Positions 5,133 to 5,605 of a stretch of DNA of 5,605 nucleotides are shown here, one piece after another. The translations under genes were made by a program, and so were the position numbers. The stretch covers positions 1-5,605 of IMG/VR virus record IMGVR_UViG_3300035492_000268; one strand, given 5' to 3'. Under the pieces are notes generated by a model that saw only the letters and a list, made by a program, of their open reading frames with translations, searched no databases and was not told the origin of the DNA. This stretch comes from a virus. Each line of letters begins with the position of its first letter. Within the stretch, counting starts at the first letter, position 1.

Positions 5133-5353
5133 GTTCCGGCGTTCTGCGTTGTGATGGTGACGTTCTCGTCGCCACCGACGGTGCGCCATTGTGTTCAGGG
5201 GCGTGGGTACTCGTTCCCGTTCCCGAACCGTTCACCGTCGAGGCGCTCGACCCGTCGCAAATGGCGGATGCGTTTTCGGCGGGGTTCGTAATTGTGGGCA
5301 CCTGCTGGGCTGTTGGCTGGGCTGCTCGCGCACTTCTTTCGATGATCAAATGA
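5129..5353 (+). CDS. 74-aa membrane protein with a coat-like C-terminal anchor
   Basis: ATG 5129 is translationally coupled to the preceding mini-ORF. The N-terminal part has two Cys (CDGDVLVATDGAPLC). The C-terminus has the TM helix FSAGFVIVGTCWAVGWAA and a basic tail ending ARALLSMIK, close to the coat C-terminus ARKLLGMIK. Confidence 0.62.
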   Translation: MSSGVLRCDGDVLVATDGAPLCSGAWVLVPVPEPFTVEALDPSQMADAFSAGFVIVGTCWAVGWAARALLSMIK

Positions 5354-5363
5354 GGTTCAGACC

Positions 5364-5492
5364 ATGGATGCAATCGTCTCTGCTGTTAGCGTCACCGACG
5401 TCGTTACTGGCATCGGCTCCATCGCCGCTGTTATCGCTCTGGCTCTCGTCGCCCGCATGGGTGCACGCAAGTTGCTCGGGATGATCAAGTAA
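5364..5492 (+). CDS. Major coat protein, pVIII-like, 42 aa with no signal peptide (MDAIVSAVSVTDVVTGIGSIAAVIALALVARMGARKLLGMIK)
   Basis: It is below the ORF-track size cutoff. GAGG (5352-5355) lies 8 nt before ATG 5364. The product has the classical tripartite coat design: an acidic N-terminus (D2, D12), a hydrophobic core, and a basic C-terminus (R31, R35, K36, K42). It is followed by the strongest terminator in the genome. In lacking a leader peptide it resembles the Pf3 coat. Confidence 0.82.
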   Translation: MDAIVSAVSVTDVVTGIGSIAAVIALALVARMGARKLLGMIK

Positions 5493-5605
5493 CACGCTGA
5501 TCTGGGGCCTCCGGGCCCCTTTTTTTTTGAGGGTTCCCCGTCCATGGAACAGTTGTATCTGCTTGCGATGTTTTGCGTTGGCGCTGCCTCTGCGTTTCTC
5601 GTTTT
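5479..5605. repeat. Terminal direct repeat, copy 2 (identical to 1-127)
   Basis: Same comparison as for copy 1. The offset of 5,478 bp defines the genome unit length. Confidence 0.97.
5504..5528 (+). terminator. Rho-independent terminator downstream of the major coat gene (copy next to the intact gene)
   Basis: Same GGGGCC-TCCG-GGCCCC-T9 element, 12 nt after the TAA at 5490-5492. A strong terminator after the coat gene is the classical Ff-type arrangement. Confidence 0.85.

Larger units (their letters stand above)
1..5478 (+). mobile_element. One unit-length circular genome of a filamentous ssDNA phage (inovirus-like)
   Basis: The gene set and order match filamentous phages: Rep, ssDNA-binding protein, small hydrophobic proteins, short coat protein, terminator, large secreted Cys-rich protein, small membrane protein, Zot-type P-loop ATPase, large intergenic region. 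All but one gene lie on one strand. An exact 127-bp terminal redundancy closes the circle at 5,478 bp. Confidence 0.85.

Noticed and set aside
5191-5484. 97-aa + strand ORF overlapping the 74-aa gene and the coat gene; also the 5062-5373 and 5357-5545 minus-strand ORFs
   Set aside because: They conflict with tightly coupled, well-signalled small genes, including a textbook coat protein. Their products are Arg/Ser-rich and have no start context.
1-5605. tRNA, rRNA, CRISPR array, transposase/IS ends, toxin-antitoxin pair
   Set aside because: I saw no cloverleaf-compatible segments, spaced repeat arrays or terminal inverted repeats. The RHH gene has no credible downstream toxin partner; the only candidate is the spurious rep-antisense ORF.

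Overview
The window holds one complete, circularly closed genome of a small, GC-rich filamentous ssDNA phage (inovirus-like). The unit length is 5,478 bp. Bases 1-127 recur exactly at 5479-5605, which I read as assembly overlap of a circle. Going round the circle on the + strand, the genes are: HUH rolling-circle Rep (3543-4553), ssDNA-binding protein (4765-5046), a 28-aa hydrophobic mini-protein (5046-5132), a 74-aa membrane protein (5129-5353), a 42-aa major coat protein absent from the ORF track (5364-5492), and a strong rho-independent terminator (5504-5528, same as 26-50). These are followed by a possible 24-aa mini-ORF (66-140), a Cys-rich secreted pIII-like adsorption protein (143-1618), a pVI-like protein (1631-1906), a Zot/pI-like assembly ATPase (1910-3112) and a 430-nt structured intergenic region (3113-3542). 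The only convincing minus-strand gene is an 86-aa ribbon-helix-helix regulator (4596-4336). Its 3' part lies antisense inside the end of rep, and it faces a palindrome-rich control region upstream of the ssDNA-binding gene. I found no secretin, integrase, tRNA, CRISPR array or convincing dif-like site. All functional calls rest on motifs read by eye and on gene order. No database search was run.
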